Origin: Takakia lepidozioides
Lineage: Eukaryota > Plantae > Bryophyta
Direction of reading: 5' to 3'
Assembly (NCBI GenBank): GCA_030704615.1
Contig: CM060732.1
Location: 76,446,001-76,510,000, forward strand
DNA: 64,000 bases
This document shows positions 36,315 through 47,619 of this stretch, piece after piece. Within the stretch, counting starts at the first letter, position 1. The number at the start of each line of letters is the position of its first letter. The position numbers and the translations under genes were made by a program. The notes under the pieces were generated by a model, which saw only the letters and a list, made by a program, of their open reading frames with translations, searched no databases and was not told the DNA's origin.

Positions 36315-37655
36315 TCACTTGTTGGGAGTCCCAGTTTTTTGTGCCGTTGCCGGTGTCATGAAGGAGTGCGACATTCCTGTGTCCACCAACAATGATACGT
36401 TAGTTCCGGATATTATCCCATCCACGAACAATAACTGACTCCCTTTACGTAAGGCGCCAGTTTCCTGATACAGTTCACAAGAAAATTTGCCTACCTTGCA
36501 AGTCCTGGCGACCACCACTTCCACCAAGCGACTGAAGGTATCTTCCGACAGCTCTGTGGTCGCCCGAGTCATGTTCAATTTCTGGGGCTTCGTGCACTTC
36601 TTGGCCATGTGCCCGGACTCCCCGCAATTGAAACACATTCCATCAAATGTCGTCTTCTGTCTGCCATAGGCCGCTCCACCCGCTTTTCCTTTTGAAGCAC
36701 CGGGTGCCGCCTTGACTTGTGAAGGCCCTCCCTTCGATTTCCACGTGCCATTGTCGCCACGTGGCCTATCCCACTTCTTTTCCGGTCGGAAGGCGTCACC
36801 TTCCCGCCGGGTCTTCTTGTGGTTCAGCTCCGTACGGCCTTGTCTTTCACCCCTAGGGACATCCGAGAAACATTCAGCCCTCTCAATTGCCTCGTTCAAA
36901 GTCTTAGGTGGCTTCTCCTCCAACTTCCGCCTAGCCCATGGGGCCAGTCCCACCACAAAGTTGAAGACCATTTCTGGTTCTGCCATGTCCGCGACTTCGA
37001 GCAACAGCACATTGAAAGCCTGGACATATCCCCGAATGTCATCTGTTTGCTTCAAATTCCTCATCTTGTCCCGGGCAAGCCAGGACGCGTTGAAGGGCAC
37101 AAACTGCCTTTTCATCAATTCCTTGAACCCACTCCAATTCAAGGTTTCCGGGCTTGGACCTCGGTCGTGAATGCGTTTCTGCCACCATTGTTGAGCATAG
37201 CCCCTTAAATAGGTGGGAGCCACTTCCACCCGGTCCTCGTCACTCAACTTGGCCGCCCGGAAGTACTGCTCTAGCTCCAGGAGCCAGGTGTTGAGTGCCT
37301 TCCGATTTCGGACGCCCTCGAAGGTGCCGGGTTCCTTAGGCTTCACCTTAAATTTTGCCTTAGTGGAAGTGGCATTAGCCGCCTTCAACACGTCTTTCAA
37401 CGTCCCGCCAAATTGCGCCAACAACCCTTCCCAAAAGGCTGCCGGCATGGGAGGCATCTGTTGGTCGGTCGGAGCTCTCAGGGATTCCTCAGGGTCCGAC
37501 TCCTCAAATTCCTCCCGCTCTTGAGCGGCCTCGTTTTCGGAGACATGCATCGCTTCCTCAAACGGCCGCCTCGGTGACACGTCGCCCCCATCGGGCTCAC
37601 CAGGATCATCATCTTTTGGGCCGTTCCGCTTTCGCTTTGGCTTGCCCGACCCCAT
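36315..37655 (-). CDS. gag: gag plus protease N-terminus
   Basis: [37 protein letters not shown] zinc knuckle, [11 protein letters not shown]. Probable start MGSGK at 37655. Confidence 0.9.
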   Translation of the reverse strand: MGSGKPKRKRNGPKDDDPGEPDGGDVSPRRPFEEAMHVSENEAAQEREEFEESDPEESLRAPTDQQMPPMPAAFWEGLLAQFGGTLKDVLKAANATSTKAKFKVKPKEPGTFEGVRNRKALNTWLLELEQYFRAAKLSDEDRVEVAPTYLRGYAQQWWQKRIHDRGPSPETLNWSGFKELMKRQFVPFNASWLARDKMRNLKQTDDIRGYVQAFNVLLLEVADMAEPEMVFNFVVGLAPWARRKLEEKPPKTLNEAIERAECFSDVPRGERQGRTELNHKKTRREGDAFRPEKKWDRPRGDNGTWKSKGGPSQVKAAPGASKGKAGGAAYGRQKTTFDGMCFNCGESGHMAKKCTKPQKLNMTRATTELSEDTFSRLVEVVVARTCKVGKFSCELYQETGALRKGSQLLFVDGIISGTNVSLLVDTGMSHSFMTPATAQKTGTPNK

Positions 37656-37696
37656 GATGAGGCCAATCCCAAGGACGATCACGTACTGAACTCTAA

Positions 37697-37708
37697 GCTC
37701 TGACACCA
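37697..37708 (-). promoter_or_regulatory. Primer-binding site (tRNA-iMet type, one mismatch)
   Basis: Minus strand reads ...CGACA CT TGGTGTCAGAGC; canonical is TGGTATCAGAGC. Confidence 0.85.
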
Positions 37709-37710
37709 AG

Positions 37711-38436
37711 TGTCGCGCACCTCACTTCGGTAAGCTCCCCTTCAGGTCATAGTTGCTAGCTTGATGCGCGCGCCTAACTCCCAACCTGGCCGCCGGACCA
37801 ACTTGGAGCTTCGGCTGCTCACCGGGGCATAACGGTCCCCCTTTGAACTCCCAAAGAACCCTCCACCGATTTGGAACCAGCGGGAATTCCCTTTGGTAGT
37901 TGGCAGTCCGGAACAGCTCCCCACTCTTTGGTCGCTTTCCGGCTCGCTCGCTTACTCACTAGTTTTTGGTCACCAACGGGCTTGCACCGTTCTCGGGGAT
38001 ACTACTCCCTATATATACTTCTGTAGCTGTCCGCGGGGGTTTCACAACCAGCCATGCCATTTTATGGCGAACCACCACGAAAACCCTCGACTCCCGGTGA
38101 TGAGTCGCGGTGAGTCTTGGCCCACTCACCACGGCCCCTATGGACCGTGATGAGTCCCAAGACTCCCCACGACTCCCACCACGAGGTCTCCGCCCCCATG
38201 GTGAGTCCTATGCCACCCCCACTAAGTCCCGCTAAGCTACCACCCCCCCTTGTGGAGCCACCCCCACCGCAGCCCGGTGTGCGGGGCTCCACCTAGTGAG
38301 CGCCTCCGCCTCCTTGAGTGCCTTGGGCACTCAAGGGTGCTTCAGCCCCCCATACCTATCGCTGCCGCTGCCCCCAACACAGGGGCAGCCCCTCATGTGT
38401 CCCGACCCCCTGCCCTCAAGGCAAAGGGCCGTGACA
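37711..38436 (-). repeat. 5' LTR of element 3 (726 bp)
   Basis: TGTCAC...CGACA on the minus strand, flanked by the TSD and the PBS. Confidence 0.95.
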
Positions 38437-38559
38437 CATAGGCTAATGAAAGGAAAGGGACGGAACTTTACAATGTCCACATGAAGCTTAAAAACACACA
38501 TATATTCTGTTCACAGGTCAAATAGAACAACATTGTGTTTCCACCGTATGCTCCAGTTT

Positions 38560-39170
38560 AGCTTTCCTTAAGACTCCTAATGCACAGCCAGTGATGATCA
38601 AATCATGTAAGTGGGTAACAGTCAAAACCCCCCAACTCGATAGAACGAAAGCAACATCTATTAGTGCATGAATGGAAAATGTTACTTTGATAGGGAATAC
38701 AAGTCGCTTTTGGGCTGACTTGTTCAAGAAATTGGGAACCAAAATGAGGCTAAGTATATGCGCATTTCACTTAGAAACAGATGCCCAAACAGAAAGAACC
38801 AACTGTACAATTGAAGATCTGTAAAGAATGTACGTGAATCCATTTGAAGCATTGTATAGACGAGATTGTTTAGCCCCTACTTCGCTCGTTACACCACCAT
38901 CGAATGTGCAGATTGTAAATGATAGAATCAAGGAGATGCACTCTGTATTAGAATTGGTGAAACATAGCATGTACAGTACACAAGAACGGGCCAAGTTATA
39001 TGCTGACAAGCATAAGACTTTTTGTGAGTTTTCTGTTGGTGATATGGTGTTCTTGAAGATCATACCTAAAAGAAGCAATTTAACACTTGGCAAGTATTAC
39101 AACGATTTGTTGCCCATTCAAAAGCTTGGAATGCCATGGTACATTAGCCTATGAATTGGATCTACCTCCC
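38560..39170 (+). pseudogene. Old gypsy integrase relic
   Basis: FWADLFKKLGTKMRL, ETDAQTERTN, PFEALY, QERAKLYADKH..EFSVGDMVFLK. Heavily deleted. Confidence 0.75.
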
Positions 39171-41364
39171 ACGTGAAGCATATGAGGTGGATACCACCCC
39201 GATTTTTTAGAAGACAATGGTTGGAAACATGAATTAGCCGCGCCATTTTCTATTGGACAGCTTTTTAAGAAAAAATCCTTATTACTGTGTTATGCCATTA
39301 TTTGTTTAATAGGCCTGGACCCTTAATTTACCCTAGCCCTTATATGACTACCCGGACACAACCTAACCTGACAATTATTCAGATCTTATTGTGATCCGAC
39401 CCGGATTGTATGTGCACACAAATTGAAACCCGGACCCATTTTTTAACTGAAAAGGGGTCCCGGACCCTAAGAATATATTGAAATCAATACACCCACCCAA
39501 CACTGGTTGTGACTTGTGACGGAAGTCCTGATGGTTGAGTCGAGGTTATGGAACCTTCCTCTTTTTTCCAATCACTAAATGCAGAAATTGTCACAAGACT
39601 AGTACCTTCATTCTTTGTTTCTCTCTTGAGTAGGTACCCTGGTGGTTGGGTGTTTGTGCCTTGCCTCTGCATAACCTGGGTGATCCTGGGTTCAATCCTT
39701 CAACATGTGCCTTCAACTGTCCATTGGCCCCGGGCTGGGCTGTGTGTCAAGTAGGCTCTGTAAGTTAACAAAACTGTATCTTTATCTGTTCTTTTCACTT
39801 CTTCTTTTCCTCTCCTCTTTACTATGAGATCCGCGGGAGACTCACTCCATTGTGAGGATCAGAAGTTTCAATGAGAGCAAACATGATAGGAAAATACAAG
39901 TCATTGTCTTCTGAGAATATTGGCCTGCGATGGCTGCCTCGCTGGCTGGTAGACCTCGTAGACGGACTCGCACATGCATAAACTATTCATCTATGGATTT
40001 CATTCATTCTTGTGTACGGATGAAACATCCCTATTACACCTGTCTTGATCTAATTCGAAACTTAATCACAAGTATCAGTGCTAAGCATCAAAACCCTTTG
40101 CGTACTTAGAAAGGCAAGGCCAACAAACCCCATTGTGCTGCATACTGACCAAGTAAGATTCTGTAACGGGAAGGTAAAACCTTTCTTAAAATCCCTGATT
40201 GGCAATCAGGGATTTAAGAATGGGTTCTCAAGCAGCTCAAAACCACCAAATCAACTTGCTTCTTGAGCATGATGCCTTCATACACTCCCAGGTTTCATTC
40301 TATGGAAGGGTAATTCTACCTTGCTTTTCCACAACCAGAAACAGAGAACCGCAAAATTGTACTAGAGTGGTGCACTAAAAACTAGCTCATCGAAAGCTTC
40401 TACGTTATCTCGATCACAGATAGACCATGCGGGGCATCCAAGTTCTCACTTTCAAACTCGGCCACTTCAGGCCCCAGGGGAGTGGCTCTCAAGGGGACTG
40501 GAGTTTCAACCCAAGAGTGACTAGAAACTCACCTCACAATCACCATTGGGTTCTACACAGACAACACAATCCAGTTACAGCAAGGGGTTGTTGACTTAAG
40601 GGTCATTCTAGTAGAGAATACAAAATTGACAGCACTGCTAAAGTGTATATCTACCTTGACAGACTGCCTAACGGCCTTCCCTGCCACAAGTGGCTGCAAT
40701 CAAGGCAATTGTTTGTAACCTTACATGATCTTGCTTCCCAATTGTCTCAGTGGTTCCACCTAAGCGGTTGCATGCACAACTATGTAAGTTGGTGAAGATT
40801 TAATTCATGTCACTTATATTAACCAATCACGCACAAATTAACTTCTCCATGCAAATCAAAAAGGGGAGGAAAAGAGAGAGAGCCGCGTGCGAATGCCAAA
40901 CCCTCAAAAGGGTCAGAAGGAATGTCCTGATGACACAAGCACTAAAGAATGTGTAACACCCATAGCCATGGAGAAGTAATATGAAGGCTACTGTAAGTTG
41001 TGCTACCAATAAGCCCAATAGTGGAGAGCTCCTTCACCAAAGAGAGTAAACCACGTGCCGATCCATTGTGGGTCTAACTACTTGCTTTCAGGAGTATGGG
41101 GAGCTACCTCAAGGCTGCCAGTCTTTGCGTCTGCAGCCGATGGGACAACCTGCTCAAAACATTGACATAAAGTTAGTTTGAGGAACACACATCTCCAATA
41201 TGTGAAGCTCACAGCTTTCTGTTCCTGTTATCCCTCCACGTCAGACACTTCTGATGTTTCAATTCCTCAAGCTGTCAGGCCATCTATGCCTCCTCTTCCT
41301 TCTCACCCAGTCCGATCAGTTTCACAAAGATGTGTATGCTAAGACATCTCGCTTGGCTGGTATA

Positions 41365-44300
41365 TCAGACCTAGTAGTTTTCACTCAACACAAACTTTGC
41401 CTGGTTGCTGATCTGGACAAATACCCTGTCACACAAAATGCCGAAAGATTTGCCTTTTGCATTCATATATGGACCATATATCAGAGAAAGAAAAAGACAA
41501 TGTCCAAAGCAAGTGAGAATTGTAGAAGGTCGCGGCAGTACCTTGGACTTAGTTTTCTTAGATTTTGTGTCTTTAGTTGGTGCAGTTTGGAAGGGCAGGA
41601 ATTTTATGCCCAACATGAATGGTTTCAGAACATCTGGAACCCTGACACCATCTGCAGTCTGATAATTCTCAAGGATGCAGCACAATGTCCGCTCTGTTGC
41701 TGTGAGTGTCGAATTCAAAAGATGTACATAGTGCTTCACTTGATCATTCATCTGCACTCAAAACCCACAATGTGAATGACCCTTTGATAGGTCTTATGTA
41801 AAATCGGCCATCCTCATTCATCTGATTCTTCAGCACGCCATTTGTCATTTTATGAACTATGTTTAGGCACATTCAACTCCCAACCATTCTCATGTGGCCA
41901 ACTTTTGGCTCTTAATAAGTTCTTGCCAGTCCATGTTCATCTCTCAAGAAGCCTTCATGTGTGCCTGCTCTTATGGTGAGGTCTGGCGGTCAACTGTGTC
42001 TTTCAGGCTCCTACAGCGAACCTTTGAAGTGGGGCGAGTGTACCACAAGAGGTTCACATGGTTACCCGTTCCTTGTACAGTGCTAGAATATCAGACACTG
42101 CAAATGCAATACAGTTGAAATGGTGCAGTCATGCAAGGAGAGGTGGTGCAAAAGAGGACAATTCCTGACCTTTCACTCACTATAGTGAATCTGAAGGTTG
42201 CATGACTGGCATTCACTGAGCATGATACAAGCAAAAGAGCTCAATTCCTGACCTTTTCTGACCGTAGCAAATCTCAAGGTTGCGTGAAGTGCAGTTTGAG
42301 AATGATACAAGCAAAAGAGCTCAATTCCTGACCTTTTTCTGACCAAAGCGAATCTCAAGGTTGCGCGACTGGTAATCTGTGCAGTTTGAGCATGATACAA
42401 GCTCACGGTAAGTTTTTGACGCAGGGAACCATGCCTCCAAGTCATACTTCTTCGCTGCTGCATCATTAAGAGCCCCTGATACAATGGCCACCACTCGGTA
42501 TGGAAGACCCAACTGCAGTGAAAAGTTCATTTGTTAATGTACATTGCGAGTCTAGAGGGTTGCACAAACACCCACTCACATTAGTGACGATTCAGTTACT
42601 ATCCGTGGAGTTTCTTAGAAGCAGAAACTGGCTTTGGGAGCAGGCCCCAGGAGACAGTGGGCCAGAGCAACTGTATCAATCCTTGATGGAATGGACAAAG
42701 TGAGTACAATTTGCTGGAGCAACATTTCTAGTCTGTAACCTTGCATATCCAGGGGATTGATGTTTTGGAAGACACAGATGCTGACGAAGCCACAATAGCT
42801 GGAGGAATAAGGAAAAATAGCTGCTCCTTCAGCTCTGGAATTGACATTCAACCCTAACAAAACAACCTACACAAGGGTAGTTAAGATTAGTACTGAATCA
42901 GCAAAAGAGTATGGCCAACTTGTGCTAGCTCAGAATGGGGGTACCTCTTGATAGAAATCTTCAGAGTTTTTCAGCATCTCCTCATGCATATCCCATGATT
43001 CAGTATCATTCGGGCTTGTGAGACAAAACTGCTCCACCTTCTCAAACTGATGCACTCGGAATATGCCTAGTGTGTCCCTCCCATGCGACCCAGCCTCCTT
43101 CCTAAAGCATGTTGAATAACCAGCATACCTACCTCACACCACCATGGCACAACACAAACAAAAATTGAGGACACAAAATGCAATATCCATGTTCAAACAA
43201 CACACTTTCGTCACCTTGTTTTAGCACTCCTCTGGTTTTCTCTTAAGAGCAAAAGTGCAAGACCCCACGAGGGCATAGCCCCAAGACCATGGCAGAAACC
43301 CATGGACTGATGTCTGTGCTCCCACCCTTCTCCTACTCTTTAGTAACTTTCGCCACGCTTCCGTACCAAGCCAAAGCCAGCCCATAGCGGTAAATGCTTC
43401 TAAAAGTGGTAAATGCTTGCCCTTCTTGACTTTTCCCAAAACCAGAACCAGGAATAGAAGAGTGCCCACGATTACCTGATGGGTAAGGACTTGGGGTCCA
43501 TCCATTTCTCACGATGAAAAGCACACAATGGCTGTTCTGCTGTAGCAATCAGATACTTGTCATCTCCTTCTCCTGACACCTGCAAACCACTCCACCATCA
43601 CTTTTAGTGTACGAAAGGACTCAATGTCACGTTGGCCTAAACATCAATGCAGAGTTGGCAATATTCGATCTGGGTGTGCCAGCAATTGAGAGGCCAACAA
43701 AGAAAACCAACAAGGCATGAACTACCAATTCGCCAAAAACATTTAACTTGCTCTTCCATTCCCCTGGCAACAACTCTTCCTGTTAGTCCAACTACCACCA
43801 ACCCATAAGAAGACCTCCAACATGTACTGAAGGAAATGCCATACACTGTTTGAGGCGTCTAGGCAGAGAGTCCAGAATGCTACCTTATAGAGCTCTTCAT
43901 CGAACTGTGCCAATTGAGCACACTGGGCCATCACCTCCTTCCGCATGAAGAAGGGTGTCTGCAACAACGTGTAGTTTCGCTTCACCAGAAACGCCAGAGC
44001 ATAATTTATGAGAGCTTGATTCAGCAGTACACCACAATCTTTCAAGAAGTAACCCCTGCCTCCTGCCACGTCGGTGCCTGCAGTAATTAGTCAAAGCAAA
44101 CCGACATGAGAACATGTTGGATATGCAGTGACTCTCAGTCCAGCCGAAAATACATCAATGTGAATATCACTTCTTACGGAGAGTATTGGGAAGGCAGCAG
44201 GGGAGAGAGAGAATATACTCTTAAGACGTTGTTTGCTGTATCCTTGTGACCCCGCCCTCAGTTTGGAAGGACCAAAAGCGGAAAGACAGAGACACAGAAA

Positions 44301-47300
44301 GAGGACAGGACAGAAGGGAAGCAGAAGGGAAATGCCTAAAAACCAATCCCTAATGTTATACCTTGAACAAAAAGATTGAGACAGACACAAAGGAAGACAA
44401 TGATGTAGTCCTCATGGACTCTTCCCAGCAAAAGTTGTGTCATAACCTTCAAGGTATAGAACCCAGAGGTCAAGAAACTTTCTGAAGCTGCTCATTAGGT
44501 AACCTGATACTCCCCATTGAAATTGCATGACCTGGAATTGGAAAATGCTTGTACATGATTGAAGTAAACTGGGAGCTGATTTCAGGGTTGGCACTGATAC
44601 TAAACTAGCAAGCATCAGGAAATTTCCAGCACAACTCCTTCAGCCCTAAGAAGATAAATGTGACATATGTGGCTGTGTTCCACTCCTAGTCAATCTGTTG
44701 ATAGGAAAAGGGGGAGAGAGAAGTGGGAAACCCCTCTTCCCTTGGGATGGGAATGGGAGAGAAGTACACCTGCATCAAGATCCACGATTCCAAGATTCTG
44801 AACAAGGTCGACATGGTTCAAAAGGCCTGTCTCATCTCTAGGAGTACCCCATGTTCGGACAACAGCATTGTTATCCTGTTGCGAGAGGTCCAACCAGAAC
44901 AAGCACAATATCAGCAAGACAACCCCCGTACTATGACAATGACCAAACTTTCAGGACTCCTCTGGTACATCCTGTGAAAAAGCAGCTCATGGTCCTTAAC
45001 GAAGATTTTGATGAAGTAGCTCCTCATGGAGGATGCTCACAGATGGTCAAAATCAGGTGTTATATATGGAACCATTCTGAAGGGTGGACATGATTCAAAT
45101 TTTAGAGTAAACCTGAAACTATAATATTTCACCTGCAATCAGTGTCACAAGGCTGGTTCCCAACCAAACCACTTATCCTGCAGGGAGCCATGACATTGCT
45201 GAAGAAGTCACAACTACTCGGTAACTGTCCAAGGTTTCTGCCTGCCAGCACTTTTGAATCAGTGGAAGATTGTGATCAGTAGTCACAGCTGATCCATGTG
45301 GTGGATTTCTTGCCCTGTATGTACAACATCCCCTACTGTATAGACCATTTACATGTGAGTGAGAAGTGTTATGAGAGCTTGTGACTGACAGTTCCTACCT
45401 TACCTGTAAGCTGTCGCCCTATACAGTTAAAATTTACTGACTTGGACATGTGGTCTCAGACATCTCACAAGCCCACAAGTGATAGTATACGGTGGTGCAC
45501 CACTTGGTAGACAGTCCCAGGTATTAGTAGACAGCACCACCACTTAAACTGGATGAGGAATGGAAGATACTTCAAAGGCAGCAATGTTTTCATTTCAATC
45601 AATTCCTGTCTACTTCTAGATGTTTGTGCTGGTTTCTGAAGATGTTAAGAACTATGTGACACTCAAATTACCGCACAGAGAAATTTCAAGACATTTAGCA
45701 TAAAAAAAAAGCTCAAAATGACTTGTTGCATTGACCCAAGTTCTGCATGAGTCTGCATCTCCCAGTGGGCTTCTGATATGGATCAAGAGTAGTTCTCCAT
45801 TAGGATGGAGACCCATCACCTCTATGTGGTAGTAGAAATATGACTCCAGTGAAGGGATATAGGAATGTATGAAGCACCTGGGATTCACTTCATACATCTC
45901 AATATCTTCATAGTGCAACATGAAATGCAACAAACCTCAACTGGAGTCGGGAAAAAAGAATGAGTCCAACGCCTTCCAAATTAGAACACAAACCAAATCC
46001 ATTTCCCAGAGGTACGAGCAACACTGTATCAGGTCCTGTTTAATGACTGACCTCATTGTTGTCAACAGGCACCGAGTCATGAACCAGGTTGCCCACAAGC
46101 CGCAGGCGCACTTCCACCGCATCCCTTGCTTCCTCCACCTCCTTCTCCTTAGTTTCTTTCTGTTCAACCAGCTTCTTCATCTGGGCCATGAGCTCTTCAT
46201 CCTCCTGTTTTGCCTGTAGTGTACCAATGAAGTCCTCAGGCCAACTGTTTGCGACACAAGTGGGCAAAAAGGTACTGCAAATGAACCTGAAGCTTTCAAC
46301 ATGAAACAATAGAAAATGACGAGTGCCAACAGTACACGCAGAGGTAGGAAGGCTGGGATTTTTAGAACAGAGGAGGACGTCTGTAAATCACGTGAACTTA
46401 TTCCGCTTTAAGGATGAAATTTTAGAGAAGAAGTATGAAGCTGTTCAGTTGTGCAGCTATGGACTCCTGAGAAGATCAGAATTGCGAGACACTCTCTTTA
46501 TCTCTTTACTTTCCTGGGGTGGCCACAAGGCTGCGGCAAACAATGTCTTATGAGTACATTCTTCACCTGCCTGGTAGTTAAATTGAATACTTAATTATTG
46601 AAATTGGTTTAGTGTCAGTGCAAAGACTACTGGTGACAGGTGTAGGACTCGGTTTTCAGACTGTTGTTTCTGTCGTCTCCGAAGCACACGCCACAATAGT
46701 CCGTGTCTCACCAATTGACAGTGCCCACCTCCTTTTCCTGCATCTAACAGACAGAAGTAGCCCTGATGGGTGAAAAGGACAACAATTCTTCTAGCTCCGC
46801 CCCGCAACTACTTTACTTTCTTCTCCTTCTCTAAACAGATATTCTCTCACCATGTTGGCCTTTACTAAACCCTAGTCTTGGGTCCTAAACCCTGGATTCA
46901 CCAGTTTACCCTAAAACAGCCATGAAGTTCTCAAAGTGGTGGTGAGGATCTGCTGTGTTCATACATCCTCTATTCCACCATATACCTACATTGTATAAAT
47001 TCAGTTGGAGGTGTAAAGACACGTGATTGACTCATTGAGGAGCTTACAATTTTCTTCTTGGCAATCTCCTTGTTGACCTTGTTAACATCCTTCCTCAAAT
47101 TGTCCAGTTCGTACTGGCCTGCAGAATACGCCGAGAGGATCATCACTAGGGGTAATCAAGGACCTTCCACCAAAACATAAACCACGTACACAGGACACAG
47201 AAGAACTCAGAAAAAATACAGAGAACTAAAAGAGCAAGGGAAATTAACGAAAATGGAACAGAATCAGAAATGTTCCTACAGTTGTACACCATTTCCAGAA

Positions 47301-47619
47301 AAGAGAGACAGAGACAGAGACACGGTAAGAAAGGAGTGGAAAAATGAATAAATATATATGATCATAACTTGGAAACATTTTCTAAACTCCAGACCAGCTA
47401 AGTTAGACACACCGTCTACCACTGATTCGAAATCCAAGAGAGTGTCTCCATAAGGCACACAACAAGAGGCAGAATGCAACACATACGTGTGCGCCATTTC
47501 TTATCCAGATCGATGACTTCGTCCACCAGCTCCACGCTGCCAAACCGCCGCCTCTGCGACTCCCTAATCCGTTCTGGATCATTCCCCTTCTCCACTCTGA
47601 ACAGGTTGATGTCCAACAT
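41365..47619 (-). CDS. SARS: Cytosolic seryl-tRNA synthetase
   Basis: Phase-consistent GT-AG exons: 47619-47487, 47118-47048, 46213-46052, 44875-44770, 44077-43884, 43579-43476, 43128-42945, 42512-42333, 41751-41542, plus a probable terminal micro-exon 41370-41365 (V*). Motifs: [26 protein letters not shown], motif 2 [48 protein letters not shown], motif 3 [11 protein letters not shown]. Confidence 0.96.
42160..42402 (-). repeat. ~80-bp tandem triplication of the SerRS exon-8 3' end and splice donor
   Basis: Three units AATTCCTGACCTTT...AATCT(C/G)AAGGTTG...GAG(C/A)ATGATACAAGC at ~42161, 42243 and 42323. Confidence 0.85.
46516..46558 (+). mobile_element. 5'-truncated LINE tail in SerRS intron 2
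   Basis: GGCCACAAGGCTGCGGCAAACAATGTCTTATGAGTACA is nearly identical to the reverse complement of 59540-59577. Confidence 0.8.

Larger units (their letters stand above)
31534..38436 (-). mobile_element. Young Ty3/gypsy chromovirus (element 3)
   Basis: Perfect TSD CATAG (31529-31533 and 38437-38441). 5' LTR 37711-38436, 3' LTR 31534-~32200, nearly identical. PBS TGGTGTCAGAGC (tRNA-iMet-like). gag, PR, RT, RH, INT, chromo. Confidence 0.97.

Noticed and set aside
33394-37524. Numerous + strand ORFs within element 3
   Set aside because: Antisense shadows of the GC-rich gag-pol frame.
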